Shown here: piece by piece, positions 1-12,700 of the stretch
Position numbering within the stretch: the stretch's first letter is position 1
How the letters are laid out: the number at the start of each line of letters is the position of its first letter
Assembly: GCA_965235115.1 (NCBI GenBank)
Contig: OZ249436.1
Span: 41,232,001 to 41,296,000 of the forward strand
Length of the DNA stretch: 64,000 bases
Origin: Laetmonice hystrix
Lineage: Eukaryota
Reading direction: 5' to 3'
Notes under the pieces: generated by a model
Databases searched by the model: none
Told to the model about the DNA's origin: nothing
What the model saw: only the letters and a program-made list of their open reading frames with translations
Translations under genes and position numbers: made by a program

Positions 1-1410
1 TCAGTCGAACAGGAACAGAAGCCTTGTCTGGCAATTTAAATGTAAGTTGAATGAGAATAAACATTCTGAAGAGACATTATAATATTGGCGAGTACGGGTG
101 TTTTATTTATAGAGCCAGTTAGTTTAAACAGGTATTCATGGTTATCCCATGCCATCGTAATTTGATATTCTCGTCTTCTAATATTTTGTTTACGCAAATT
201 CAAATCCTACTGAACAAAACCTGCTTTGTAGCCAATATCTTCTCGGGCTACTAACAAGTAATATTTCAAGGAACATTATATTTAATTTGAGAAGTCAAGT
301 TTTATGCGGAAAGCTAAACTTCAGCATAACATCTTTTAACGCATACATTTGTGTGTGTGTGTGGGGGGGGGGGGTGTTATTGTCCGAAATGCTATCTCTA
401 ACAGAACCTTTTGTATGTTGTTAGGTTTTGTAAGCTCAAAGGCGCCATTGACCTACTGGTGTGACCCCACGGGAACAAGGAAGTCGGGTGCGGCTGAGAA
501 CGCTGGCGTACGATGGCGCCATCTGTCGCAATGATGGTGAACCGAGAAGACGCGGGTTGGCCTTCATAGGCTCAGTCATATTATAATTTATTTAAGGAAA
601 TCTGAATGATCTGCTCTTGGCATCGATTTGCCTTCTATGATTTTATGTATTTATTTAACTATTTATTCGTTTATAATCTATTTATGGAAAGGGTGCCTAT
701 TTATAGACCTATACATATCGGGGTATATAGGCTGGGAACCATATTTTCATTGGGCTGAGGCATGGCCCGAAGCGCCGGGGGAACCAATTTTTCTTTTTTC
801 TCCCATAGAACCTTTTGAATTGACCATGCTCCCCCCTTAGCAAATTACTACCCCCTCCCCCCCCCCCCCCCCCGACGGCCTTATTACCCCCCCCCCCCCG
901 GGTCACTGTAGTGCCTTCATCAAATTGATCTATGCATCAACAGGTAAAAACTTTTTCTCGTTATTGCTGCCACTGAATAGAACATGATATAGGCCTAGGG
1001 CCTAAATCTAGTATGGTCTGAAAGATCAGAACTATAGGACTACAAAATAAGCTAAATATGTCCCCCAAAAAAAGATCAGAACCATAGGACTACAAAATAA
1101 GCTAAATATGTCCCAAAAAAGACAATGTCAAGCATCCAGAGCTGTGCCCCCCCGTTCCCATGCATGAGACATTCTAAACATTAAACTGATTAGGCCTATT
1201 TCACTCAGGACTGCGTATCATGTAGGCATTCCATATAGGCCTAGGCCTACGTAGGGCCTATAGGCCTGCCTAATTTTTTAAAATGCCGGATATGGCCAGA
1301 AAGCATCCGCCTGGCCAGCTCTCTTTTAAAGTCACTTTTTTTAGGGCACGTTATTGTAGCGTTTTTCTTCGTCGTTCTTCCTTCGAAAATTAAACAAATT
1401 GCCACCATTA

Positions 1411-2601
1411 GGGGGAATGTGCCTTATATCGCGCACTTAGTGCGCGATATAAGGACAAGGTTGTAAATACTAGGTGCTTAAAACATGGTCATTTCGACCA
1501 TTGCTGGCATATTTAAAATCAACGAGAGGATATCAGGTTTGCATCAAAAGACATCGCCCTGATTAACGTATAACACCTATGTAAATTGATTCAATATTTA
1601 ATTATTATGATCATTTGATATACCCATGTAATTAAGTCCTATTTTTTAATTTAAAAGGTGACTGCGCGATATTAAGACACCCATTGTTTCTAATATCGCG
1701 TGCATGTCCTTATATCGCGCATCATAGAAAGCTATTATAAAATGGCTATGCTCTAAGCAACATCTTTTAGGCCTATATGTCATCGCAAAATAACAGCTTG
1801 GTAGAAGAAATTGAATTTGAGCATATATGTACTGCTAGTCTAAATACTATCGAAAACAAGTTAGTTTTACATAAGTTTTAAATTTTTTATCACAAAAAAT
1901 CTGTTATTTACCTATTTTTATATATTTTTGTAGGACCAAAAAAATCGTTTCTACTTCTGGACCAAAAATCGTTGTGTTGTTTAGGCCTACACAAAATTTT
2001 CCTCGTTAAGGACATTTAAAAAAAAATCCGCCTTTTTTAGTGGACATAGATCTACAGTCAAACCTCGTTAATCCATGTTGGTTTTCTCAAATCAAGTGTC
2101 GGATCTTTAGTAGCAGCTGTTGTTGTAATACCGCGCGCGCGATATTAGAACATTTCACTGCGCGATATAACAACATGAGTGCGCGATATTAGGCACAATG
2201 CAACAATAACTGACCTTGACCTACTGCTTTGCCAGATGTAGGCCTAGTCACACTTGCTTTAGCGATCGAAAGAGATCAGAAAACCCTTCTATTTTCACGT
2301 AAAGGTAGTTATTACTATATATTCCTTGTGATCTACAAGATACTAAACATACACTGAAAACCTAGATTTATAAGTAATCTGCCCCAGATGATAGGAAAAC
2401 GCTAAAAAACTTACGCCTGCCGATAGGACTTGTGCAGGCTCCTCTTAGGCGTGTTACGTCACTAAAATAACGTCATCGATTACGATTCACTGTTCCCGCC
2501 TTTTTTGTTGGGTGTCACGACATCTACCGGTAAAAAAGTCCCGCCAGAGGATGCTGCGCGATATAACATACATACGTGCGCGATATAAGGCACATTCCCC
2601 C
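1411..2601. mobile_element. Non-autonomous DNA transposon (MITE), 26-bp TIRs, TA flanks
   Basis: GGGGGAATGTGCCTTATATCGCGCAC at 1411 and its exact reverse complement ending at 2601. TA on both sides. Repeated internal TGCGCGATAT motif. No ORF. Confidence 0.85.
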
Positions 2602-2643
2602 TAGGCCTATTTAGCTAAAACCTCACCTTTAGATACTATAGGC

Positions 2644-3032
2644 TAGGGGCGCCGGAAGCAAATTATTATTGGGGGGGGGGGGCAAGAGAGCTGAAGCGAA
2701 AGTCATAGGCTACAACATGCTTATAGTAAAGCAGGATCGGAGGCCCTCCCCAAGAAAATTTTAAAAACTACACACCTTAATTCTACGCCATTTTGAGGCA
2801 GGATTTTTTATGTTTTGAAGGCGTAAATGAATAAATTACAATGTATCATTAGGACAATCGACCCAGTCTTTGACGGGCCAAGTCATGGTTTCAACAGGCC
2901 TACTGTATGTGGAAAAACCTGCCTTTTTTCATTCATGATCACAGATCATTGGGGGGGCGATGCCCCCCAACCAGATTATTGAGGGGGCGGTCGCCCCCCC
3001 CCTGCCCCCCCCCCCCGCTTCTGGCGCCTATG
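2644..3032. mobile_element. hAT-like MITE with 8-bp TSD
   Basis: Imperfect TIRs TAGGGGCGCCGGAAGC / GCTTCTGGCGCCTATG. Direct repeat CTATAGGC at 2636-2643 and 3033-3040; an 8-bp TSD is typical of hAT. Confidence 0.8.
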
Positions 3033-3684
3033 CTATAGGCCTAGCTCCCCCCAGTGAGTAGCCTAAATTACAGTCAAATAAAAGTGGTAGATCTATGAAC
3101 AGGGCTGTAGCTAGAAATTTTTGAGTGTGGGCCGGGGCAGTCATAAAATGGGCAGATGGAGGAATTTGGTAAAGGGAGTGTCCCCCCCCCCCCCCCCATA
3201 TGCGAGCGCCGAAGTCGCGAAGCCCTATCCTAATGGGGCCGGGGTCTGGGGGCCCTCCTGCAGAAAAAAATGAAAATTACAGTGCCAAATACGCGATATA
3301 GGCCTAGCCTAGACCAGCCTTTAGGCCTAGGCTAGGCCTAATATAGGCCTAGACAATAATATTGGACATTTAAATTTTAAAAATCTTTCGTAAAAATATG
3401 GAGCCTATACTGGCTAGGGCTAGGCCTAAAAAAGGGCACTTAGGCTAATTGTGGGAAAGAATTAGGGCACTTGGGGCGAGAGGGGGGTGCGCACCCCCTG
3501 CACCCCCCCCCCCCCCCCCCCCCCCCGGATCCGCCAGTGCTAGCAGTGTCCATGGGGTTCCCGCGTGGATCTTGCCACGCTGGCAGTGGCTACCAGCCAC
3601 GTCTGACTGTGGCCAGCCCCCGGCGTCAGCATGCAGGGCGATCCCACGGATCCCAGGCAGGGATCCCACGGATGAGAGCGCCCA

Positions 3685-3750
3685 GCACATGACGTCAGCA
3701 CTTCACTGCGCATGCTCCACAGCTGTAAACACTGCAATTCAACATGGCGG
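3685..3750 (+). promoter_or_regulatory. Candidate proximal promoter / 5' UTR of the BTB gene
   Basis: CRE palindrome TGACGTCA (3690-3697), NRF1-like TGCGCATGC (3707-3715) and AACATGGCG around the ATG at 3744, in a CpG-rich patch. Confidence 0.5.
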
Positions 3751-6700
3751 AGGAGGTCGCATTTTACGGCACCTGGAAGGTAAATAAGAGAGATATTTTT
3801 AATATTCCTTGTCATTTTTATTAATCTTTTGCGTTGTGAAATGACAAGCCTCCTTTTCTGATGTTTTCTAATAGATTGTCGAGTGCGTGTCGCTGACCGG
3901 GACAGTAGAACCGACGGGAATCGAAGGGTATGTAGCGATAGTTTCCTGGGTCTGCCATTTTGACATTTTCACGGTTCGTGAGTCTGTCACGGTTTTGCTT
4001 GTCATCTTTCCACTCGTGCCTGTCGCCATAGATTTTTTGTAATCTGTCTTGTCACTTCTTCCTGACAGTTTAGATGAACGGTTCTTTTGTGACATGTATC
4101 ATCTCATGGGCAGAGAACTGGAAACTGAACTGAAGACGATCTCCTGGGCTGAAGACTTTTCTTGTTACAACGTTAACGTTAGATCTAACTTAGCCTAAGG
4201 CCCTTTAGAATTATTAGTAAAACTAAATAGCAGGACCTACTTTAGGAAGATTGTTGTTGAAGTAGATCTAACGTTAAATATCTAGTTGTAAATCCTTCCA
4301 GTTCCACTTCCACTGACAGTCAGTGTTCAATCACTGACCGTCTGATTCTCAACTTAAGACAAGTGCCAAATGCAAATCCCAATATTATTAAATTTATAGC
4401 TAAATGGTAATTACTAAATTAGCCTAGATCTACTAATATTAATAAATCATAATTGTGGTGTCTGGTGGTAGACTCTACTTTACTTTAGATCTAGACTCAT
4501 GACCGAGTGTCACCCCAGTTGCCAGCAAACAGGGACTGACATCGCCGGTCGTTAAAACTATACCTCCAATGCGAACTCATCGCTGCTGTGGACAATTTGT
4601 TGTGACTCATGCCGTTTGATCGAATGGGGTACATGATTAGACGCATGCGCAGTGGGGATTTCAAGTCAAATCCGCAAGGCAGCTCTGTGCAAGCAGTCCT
4701 TGCTGCAGTACGTTACCGTTAGCATAAGTTTAGATAGGACGAAGAAATGCTAATGTGCTGTAGGATGACCTAACCTTATCATTACTAAACAATATTAACT
4801 CATTTGGACTAAAGTGAATGAAAGAAGTTTAAAAATTGTCATAACCTTTTAGTACAAATGTCGGTATGGCAACCAGCCACAGATTAGCAGATATCAGCCT
4901 ATCTAATTCTATGCTAAAATGTCGCCTCCTGAACCGCTTGCACAGTGCTGCCGCCATGCGGAAAAAGCGGCGACCATGTTCCCCATTGGTGTACTAGTAT
5001 TCCTTCTCATCAAACCGCTCCACTGCTCACTTTTTTGGGGGTATTTATCCCATAATATTGAATAAATCAGACATTTGAAAATGCGAACCAAGTAGTTTGC
5101 TTTCCGTTGCCTGCAATGTTGTTAGTCCTAATGCACATGCACATTGAAGGCCAGTAGGGGAGCATATCAGACAGGGAGCCAAGCACTCCTCCATAATGGC
5201 CCGAGATCCAGGCCCCCTTCTTAGATAATGGCTGCTCCCTTTGTTTATTTAAAATGGCCGCCGTCCGTGACGATGTTGAAGTGCCTGCTTGGTTTGAAAA
5301 ATCACCTGAATTTGTGTCAAAAGTGCTGTTCATCGCGCCCCTGAACTTCACTGACTGAGCATTTCGAATCAGTGTTCCTCCTGAGCCATACATCTGAGAG
5401 CGTCTGAGGCAACCTCGAAAACTGTTCTCGGTCTTCTCCTTGTCCCAAGTTAATCATTTCCTAGATGGCCCCATGACATCTTTATGCCAACCCTTATAAA
5501 CTACCCTAGGTTTACTTGGAAATACCCGAACATGGGAAAGGAACGATTTCTAGGGGAGTCATTTAGCTCTCCTCGGATAACCAAGGGGAGTAATGGATGT
5601 TTCCCGTAAAGATTTCATATGGTAAGCACTGCAGAAACCCCTCTTTTAATGCTCTAAAATGCACCAGACGTCAAAAGTCTTTTCTGGGTAGCCTACCCTG
5701 GATCCCCTAGAGGGGCTTGCAGGCCTCGAATTAGAAGTTAAAAGGGGCACGGCAAAAATTGCCGTCGAGGGCCTTGTTTAAAGGAGGGCACCACGGCATT
5801 TTCAACAAGTTTAGAAGGGCACCACGGCAAATTTACTTCTCCAAAACCAAACCTCGCACGTCTGGCTTAACAGTAAAACAAGGAATCTTCACACTTTAGG
5901 TTAGTTGTGTTGGTGATCACTAGGGGATCGATGTCAGGGATGATTCGGGGATGGCTGATTACAGCTGAAGGGCACATGGTAGCAAGGGAAAAGGGCACCA
6001 CGGCACTGGACTGCCGTCGATGGTGCAAAAAATAGGAGGGCACCATGGCAAATGGAAGGGGCACGACGGCAATTGCCGTCGATGCCGTCGTGTAATTCGA
6101 GGCCTGGGCTTCACACCTTTGGTGCTCACACTGTCCCCACCCACCAAACGTTGGACTTTTTGTAATTTGGGAATATCATGCCTGTTACCTGGTGATGGTT
6201 CTGACTTATTTGTGGGAAAGTTTTTCCACTTAATTGCATGCGATTAGTCCTTAATATCTACAGTATATAACCAATCTGCTATCTTCAGGTGACAATTAAA
6301 ATGACAATTAATTAACAAGACAAATGGAGCATACATGAATTCCCCAAGTTGTGACATATTTTGGTAGAAACTGGGCCCAGTATTCACAGTATCAAAATTG
6401 AAGCTAGACTGGGCATGATACCATGATCATCTATTTGATAAAATTTAATATTACCTGGCCAACTTGATAAGGGAGCGTGACATATTTTAAAGATTTGTAA
6501 TGTGGTTGAATAAAGTCACAGGACAACAACATGTGGTAGGGTTGTTGCTTAAGTGCTACAGACATCACATGGGCCCATTTACTGATCTAGATAGATCACT
6601 GTGAGTTGTAGATGTGTCCAGGATAGGCTTTTCTGATAAATTCTCAGAAAGTAACTTTTGGACAAATATTGACCATTTGAATGCCCGTGATGACGTCAGC

Positions 6701-9700
6701 ATGGGCGGGTGGGTGGGTGGGCTCTGGAGAGAAGGCAGACAGATGGCTGGGAGAATTGGTTACTTTGATCACCACTTTAAACCCTAATTGTTTTTTCCTA
6801 GTCTGAAAATTCTTTTAAAAGTGTCCCTTCAACAAAATTTGATTTTGTTGATTTACATATTTTAGGACGGAGTTTCATCTAGATGAAAGTGGAGATGTCT
6901 CCTGGAAGATTCCTGAGGATGCAGAAGCCATGCCGTTCTTTTCCTGTGAGACATATGAGGTAATGAAGAGTATGTCTAGCTTCGTACCAGATCTGTAAAA
7001 TTGATGATAGAAGGCATAAGTTAACAGTTGTAACTTGTAACATTAGTGACAGTAGGATTGTGCATTTTATGTATCTGTATTTCTAGTTGTTTTTGTTGTT
7101 GTTGTTTTTTTAAAAAGATTCTACGTGTCAATAAATAGAGTGCTTCGTGGCGGTTTCAGGTCTTTATGGGAGAACTATGCCTCCTCAAGTTCTTTGGAGC
7201 TTACGCTGGTCATGTGATTGAATTTCGAGTAAGTGCCTTAAAAAATATCTTCCCAACATTTTTCACATTTCATTAATTAAAGATTTTTGTGGTATTGATA
7301 TCTGTCAAGATAATGTCACAACATTTCACAAGTATTGATATCAGCCGAGAAAATGAACTTCAAGTTCTTTATTTGTATAATAATTTACCAGGGTAAATGA
7401 AAATATTTCATAGTCTGTTAATATTGACTAATTAATCAGTGTTACTGTAAAGGAATTGAAGACCACACAGTCGTACATTTCCATGTTGTAGGTAGAAGTG
7501 TCTGAGGACCTGATGCTTCTTACATATGAACGTTGCTGTATGCTGCAATGTCAAAAGGTCAGTTTGACTTTTGTTTGCAGCTTGGTGTCATCCTGTCAGT
7601 CACTCATCTCTGTATGGGCTATATAGAAAATTTAAAATGAAAATATGATGCACTATAATTGCTGAAGGCCTTTTTTATATGGCCATATAACTTGCCTCTC
7701 AAGGCAAATCATTTAAAAATGAAATGAAAAAGGCAAATAACATTAACTTGATATAAAAAAAGGAGTGATATTAACAAATTGCTTTTGTTGGAATATAGGT
7801 CTTGAGTAACGAGTCTAAGGATGAGATGCCATTCTCATTCCTTGGGGCCCTTGAGGAGGGGTTCTTTGCTGATGTCATCATCAAGGCGGACTCTGGAAAG
7901 GAGGTAAGAACAATATCTAGATTACTGTATTAGCTCTATTTCTCTCTCAGTTAATATTGTATGGGCCCATTATTTTTCATCAGAAAAACATGCTCTTTAA
8001 CGCTTTCCACAACTGGAGGAAGGTTCTTGTGATGTAAAAATGTTTTAATGCCTGGGTTAATGTTTGTTTTGGGGTTGTCAGTTCAAGGTACACTCCACCA
8101 TTCTGTCGATGGCGGTTCCCATGGTGGACTGGCAGCGGACACCCACCCCCCTCACAGGACTACCTGAAGATGTCCTTGAAGCCATCTTCCACTATCTGTA
8201 TGCGGAGTGTCTCCCAAAAGGACTGCCCGAGGACACGGCCAGACAGTGCATTGAAGCTGTTAGTAAAATGCCTGGGTTTTCCAGGTTCACTCAACTATGT
8301 GAAACCTTCTTGAAGAATACAGCATTAAGGCAACGTGAGTGATCAAATATTTCACATTATTTTTTGTTATAAGAGCAAGGCAGTCTCATGGTGTGCCATC
8401 TGGGGTAGGTATTTCCAAGAAATATCTGAGAATATATTTTATTGCAGGTTGGTGTATTCATTGCTGTGTTTGCTTTTTGTATGATGTACTATGTACAGTT
8501 TTAATGAAAACGCACAGAGATTTGGGAATAGAATGCTTTAAATCAAGTAAGGTGCATTCCCATGTAGAAAATTAAACAGTGAGTATGTTTAATGGGAAGT
8601 TCTGCTTATAGAAAAGATGTTGTGCTCCATTCCAGAGATCACAAGCCTGGTTTCAGACATGCACGCATGTGCTGACAAGATTATTGACCTATTCAGTGGC
8701 AAGATGCCAGCCAGTGAGGGTATGCCTGTGACGTCAGATGATGGCCTATTGTCAAACCCGGCCAAACTCTGCTATGTGATTAAACAAGCACTCCGGGAAG
8801 CTGCAGTGGGTTAGTATTGATGTTGGAAATGCTGCTATCGCACAAAATAACAAACCTATGTTACTCCTACTAGGGCCTCTCTTGATTATGTGCACAAAGT
8901 TCTAATTTGGCTACCGGTATAAAATGTTCTACTTTAAAATAGCTAGTATAATATAACACATATGTTTTCTCTTTTTAGCAATTCTAAATGTTCCCTTCAT
9001 CTGAGATACTTTGAGGATAAGTTTAAATAAACCTATTTAAAAATACAATGTTTTTTGTCTTTTTCAGCTGGTGCAAAGCTCCTAATCCTTTGCGATTTGT
9101 TCTTCCGTCGCAAGGGGGAGCTGTCAAGGGAAGAACGTCATGAGATTATAAAATACGCTAAATCTAGGTATGTCAGACTATAAAACTGTACTGGGATGGT
9201 CAGACTAAAGTGATACCAAAGTCCTTGGATGAAAATAATACAAAACTACACTCGTCTAGACTTGATTAATGATGTAAGAACTAGTATCTGAATCTGTAAG
9301 GTATTGTCAGTGCTGGATTGAATGCATAATTAGTACCGTCTAAAGTCATGTACCAGTCTAAAGCAGTTCCAGTAATATTTGGTCTCGTGTTTTCAAACTA
9401 CCAGTGTTTATGAACCAGTTACAAATATGATCAGTAATATTTGGTCCTGTTTCCAAACTACCAGTGTTTATGAACCAGTTACATCAGTAATATTTGGTCC
9501 TGTTTCCAAACTACCAGTGTTTATGAACCAGTTACATATAATATTTTGTCCTGTTTCCAAACTACCAGTGTTTATGAATCAGTTACATCAGTAATATTTG
9601 GTCCTGTTTCCAAACTACCAGTGTTTATGAACCAGTTACATCAGTAATATTTGGTCCTGTTTCCAGACTACCAGTGTTTATTATGAACCAGTTACATCAG

Positions 9701-12700
9701 TAATATTTGGTCCTGTTTCCAAACTACCAGTGTTTATGAACCAGTTACATCAGTAATATTTGGTCCTGTTTCCAGACTACCAGTGTTTATGAACAAGTTA
9801 CTGTGGGTACATCAGTAATATTTGGTCCTGTTTCCAAACTACCAGTGTTTATTATGAACCAGTTTTTTACATCAGTAATATTTGGTCCTGTTTCCAAACT
9901 ACCAGTGTTTATGAACCAGTTACATCAGTAATATTTGGTCCTGTTTCCAAACTACCAGTGTTTATGAACCAGTTACATCAGTAATATTTGGTCCTGTTTC
10001 CAAACTACCAGTGTTTATGAACCAGTTACATATAATATTTTGTCCTGTTTCCAAACTACCAGTGTTTATGAATCAGTTACATCAGTAATATTTGGTCCTG
10101 TTTCCAAACTACCAGTGTTTATGAACCAGTTACATCAGTAATATTTGGTCCTGTTTCCAGACTACCAGTGTTTATTATGAACCAGTTACATCAGTAATAT
10201 TTGGTCCTGTTTCCAGACTACCAGTGTTTATGAACCAGTTACATCAGTAATATTTGCTCCTGTTTCCAAACTACCAGTGTTTATGAACCAGTTACATATA
10301 ATATTTTGTCCTGTTTCCAGACTACCGGTGTTTATGAACCAGTTACATTGTAATATTTGGTCCTGTTTCCAAACTACCAGTGTTTATGAACCAGTTACAT
10401 CAGTAATATTTGGTCCTGTTTCCAAACTACCAGTGTTTATTATGAACCAGTTTTTTACATCAGTAATATTTGGTCCTGTTTCCAGACTACCAGTGTTTAT
10501 GAACTAGTTACATCAGTAATATTTGATCCTGTTTCCAAACTACCAGTGGTTATTATGAACCTGTTACATCAGTAATATTTGGTGCTGTTTCCAGACTACC
10601 AGTGTTTATTATGAACCAGTTACATCAGTAATATTTGGTCCTGTTTCCAAACTACCAGTGTTTATGAACCTGTTACATCAGTAATATTTGGTTCTGTTTC
10701 CAGACTACCAGTGTTTATGAACCAGTTACGCCGCTTCCTAGAAGTGTGTAAGCAGCATTCCAGTTCGTTGTCGGCATCACAACGACATGAGATTGCTACT
10801 TACTTGGTTCCTGAGGTATGTCTGACATGACATCGTTGTGTTACTGGACCTAATCTTTATACAGTTTCTAAGCCCGGTTTTATTTATTTCCTGTGGATAT
10901 AAACTTTGGTTAGGTTTACGTTAATAGGGAGAAAAACTGTCGGCTAAAGGGCTGTTGGAAGTATATTCAAAGTAGTTTTATTTTAGTGCAATTGAGCACT
11001 TAAACAACAGACTTGTCCAAATTGACACTCCAGTCAAAAGTTGTTGTTCACTGCAGATGTTATTCACAGGCTTGTTGCTTTCCATGAATTCAGTTACTGT
11101 TTGATTGTTTCAGATTGAGACCACACTAGAAACTATATCAAAGTTCATCGTAGAGACTAAATCTGCTTTAGAAAATGTGATCACAGTGAGCAATACTCTG
11201 GAGAAAGGTGACAAACATGACAAACACAGGAAGGGCCACGTCAGTGATGTTCTCGGACGTGCACTCCGCAATGTATGTATCACCACTCCCATATGGCTCC
11301 AACTTGATTCATTATCAATATGCAGTGTTATTCATTAGAGATGAAAGTGTTGCTATTACTGTCCTATTAGATTGGAGGTTTCTGTATATTGTGAATACAG
11401 TTTAGATACTCCATGTAAAACTAACATGTAAATTGTAAAGTGGAGGTTTGTATATCTCATAATGTTTCATCTATCTATTCATTTTCTTTTTTTTCTAGGC
11501 ACTTCATGTTCGTGAAGTTATGAAACTAAAGAATGTCTATGAAAAAATGACAGAGTGCTTTATGAACCTTATGCAGAAAAAGTAAGTAAAACATAACATT
11601 TTCTGTTATTTCTCTGTGACTGAGATCTTCTTTATAAAGATTGGGTGATGGTTTCAGAGAGAGTTGAACAACATGTTTACAGGCCCATTGGTTGTCGATT
11701 CTGATCCATTACTCTTGAGAGTCCTGATCATTTCCAGGGAAAACTTTGGATTAATGTCACAAGAAGAAAAAATCCGGTCAGTGGCCAAAAACCTTGAACA
11801 GTTAATAGATGAGGTAAGTGTGATAGCATTGACAAATGTCTTTGTGATCATGTTAGTACAAATTTGATTTGTCCAAGTTTTTAAATTCGCAATATATTTA
11901 TGAACAAAAGTAAAAAAAAAACGTATTATTGCTCACAGGTGCCAGTCTTCCTGGTGCGTATCGAAGAACTGATGTCAGCACTTGATGAGAAAGTCACATG
12001 GCGTGAGTGGAAATATATTTTCAAGCGCGGCACCTCCAAAGTGGTAAGGGAAATTTATTTTCTCTTATATATTTAATAACTGACTCATACATTTTATATA
12101 ATGTGTCAGTCCTAATAATGAATTTATCGTGCTTGCCGACATTTGACAGTGAAAGTCTTAAGTATTATTTCTAGCTGTCAAAATATTTCTTAAAATTACA
12201 ATTATCCTATGTGGAGAGGAAGCATAGAAATTCTAAGTTTTGTGTTACAGGCATGGTTATTAAACAAGGTACAGACCCACAGGTCGACCCTACAGTCAAT
12301 GATCCAGCAGACGAGAGACATGGTCCACCGTGACCAGTTCACCTCATCCTTGACAACTCTGGGTCTACTAGACCCACCCCCGACAGCTGCAGCAGACACT
12401 GCCTCGCCTGCCACCCTACCCAAACCTCCTCTCTCTACTAAATATGCACAGGTAAGTGTGGCCATTATGTGTGTACATTTTTAGGCATCTCAGTATATTC
12501 TAAAACATTTATTTGTAGTGTATTCATTTATTGAGAACAGTATTACTTCAGCATAGATAGCTTTATCGTTTGCCATATTTAAATATTATAGAGGTTACAC
12601 TAAATCTAGCTAAAGATGATATAAAGAACCATGTTTTGTGAATGTCTAATTACAAGAGTTTTCTTTGGTGTTAATTACAGCTGAGTTCAGTGGAGTCATT

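Noticed and set aside
400..570. CpG-rich patch with AGATGGCG and GGAAGT motifs, a possible minus-strand gene start
   Set aside because: Both minus-strand ATG frames stop within 30 codons and no convincing exon chain is visible; unresolved at the window edge.
3445..3815. Overlapping Pro/Gly-rich ORFs
   Set aside because: They arise from the poly-C tract of a MITE end and the GC-rich promoter; the real exon 1 is in another frame from 3744.
9370..10728. CRISPR-like appearance of the regular repeats (also 33604-34557 and 53625-54400)
   Set aside because: The units are contiguous with no unique spacers, there are no cas genes, and the context is eukaryotic.
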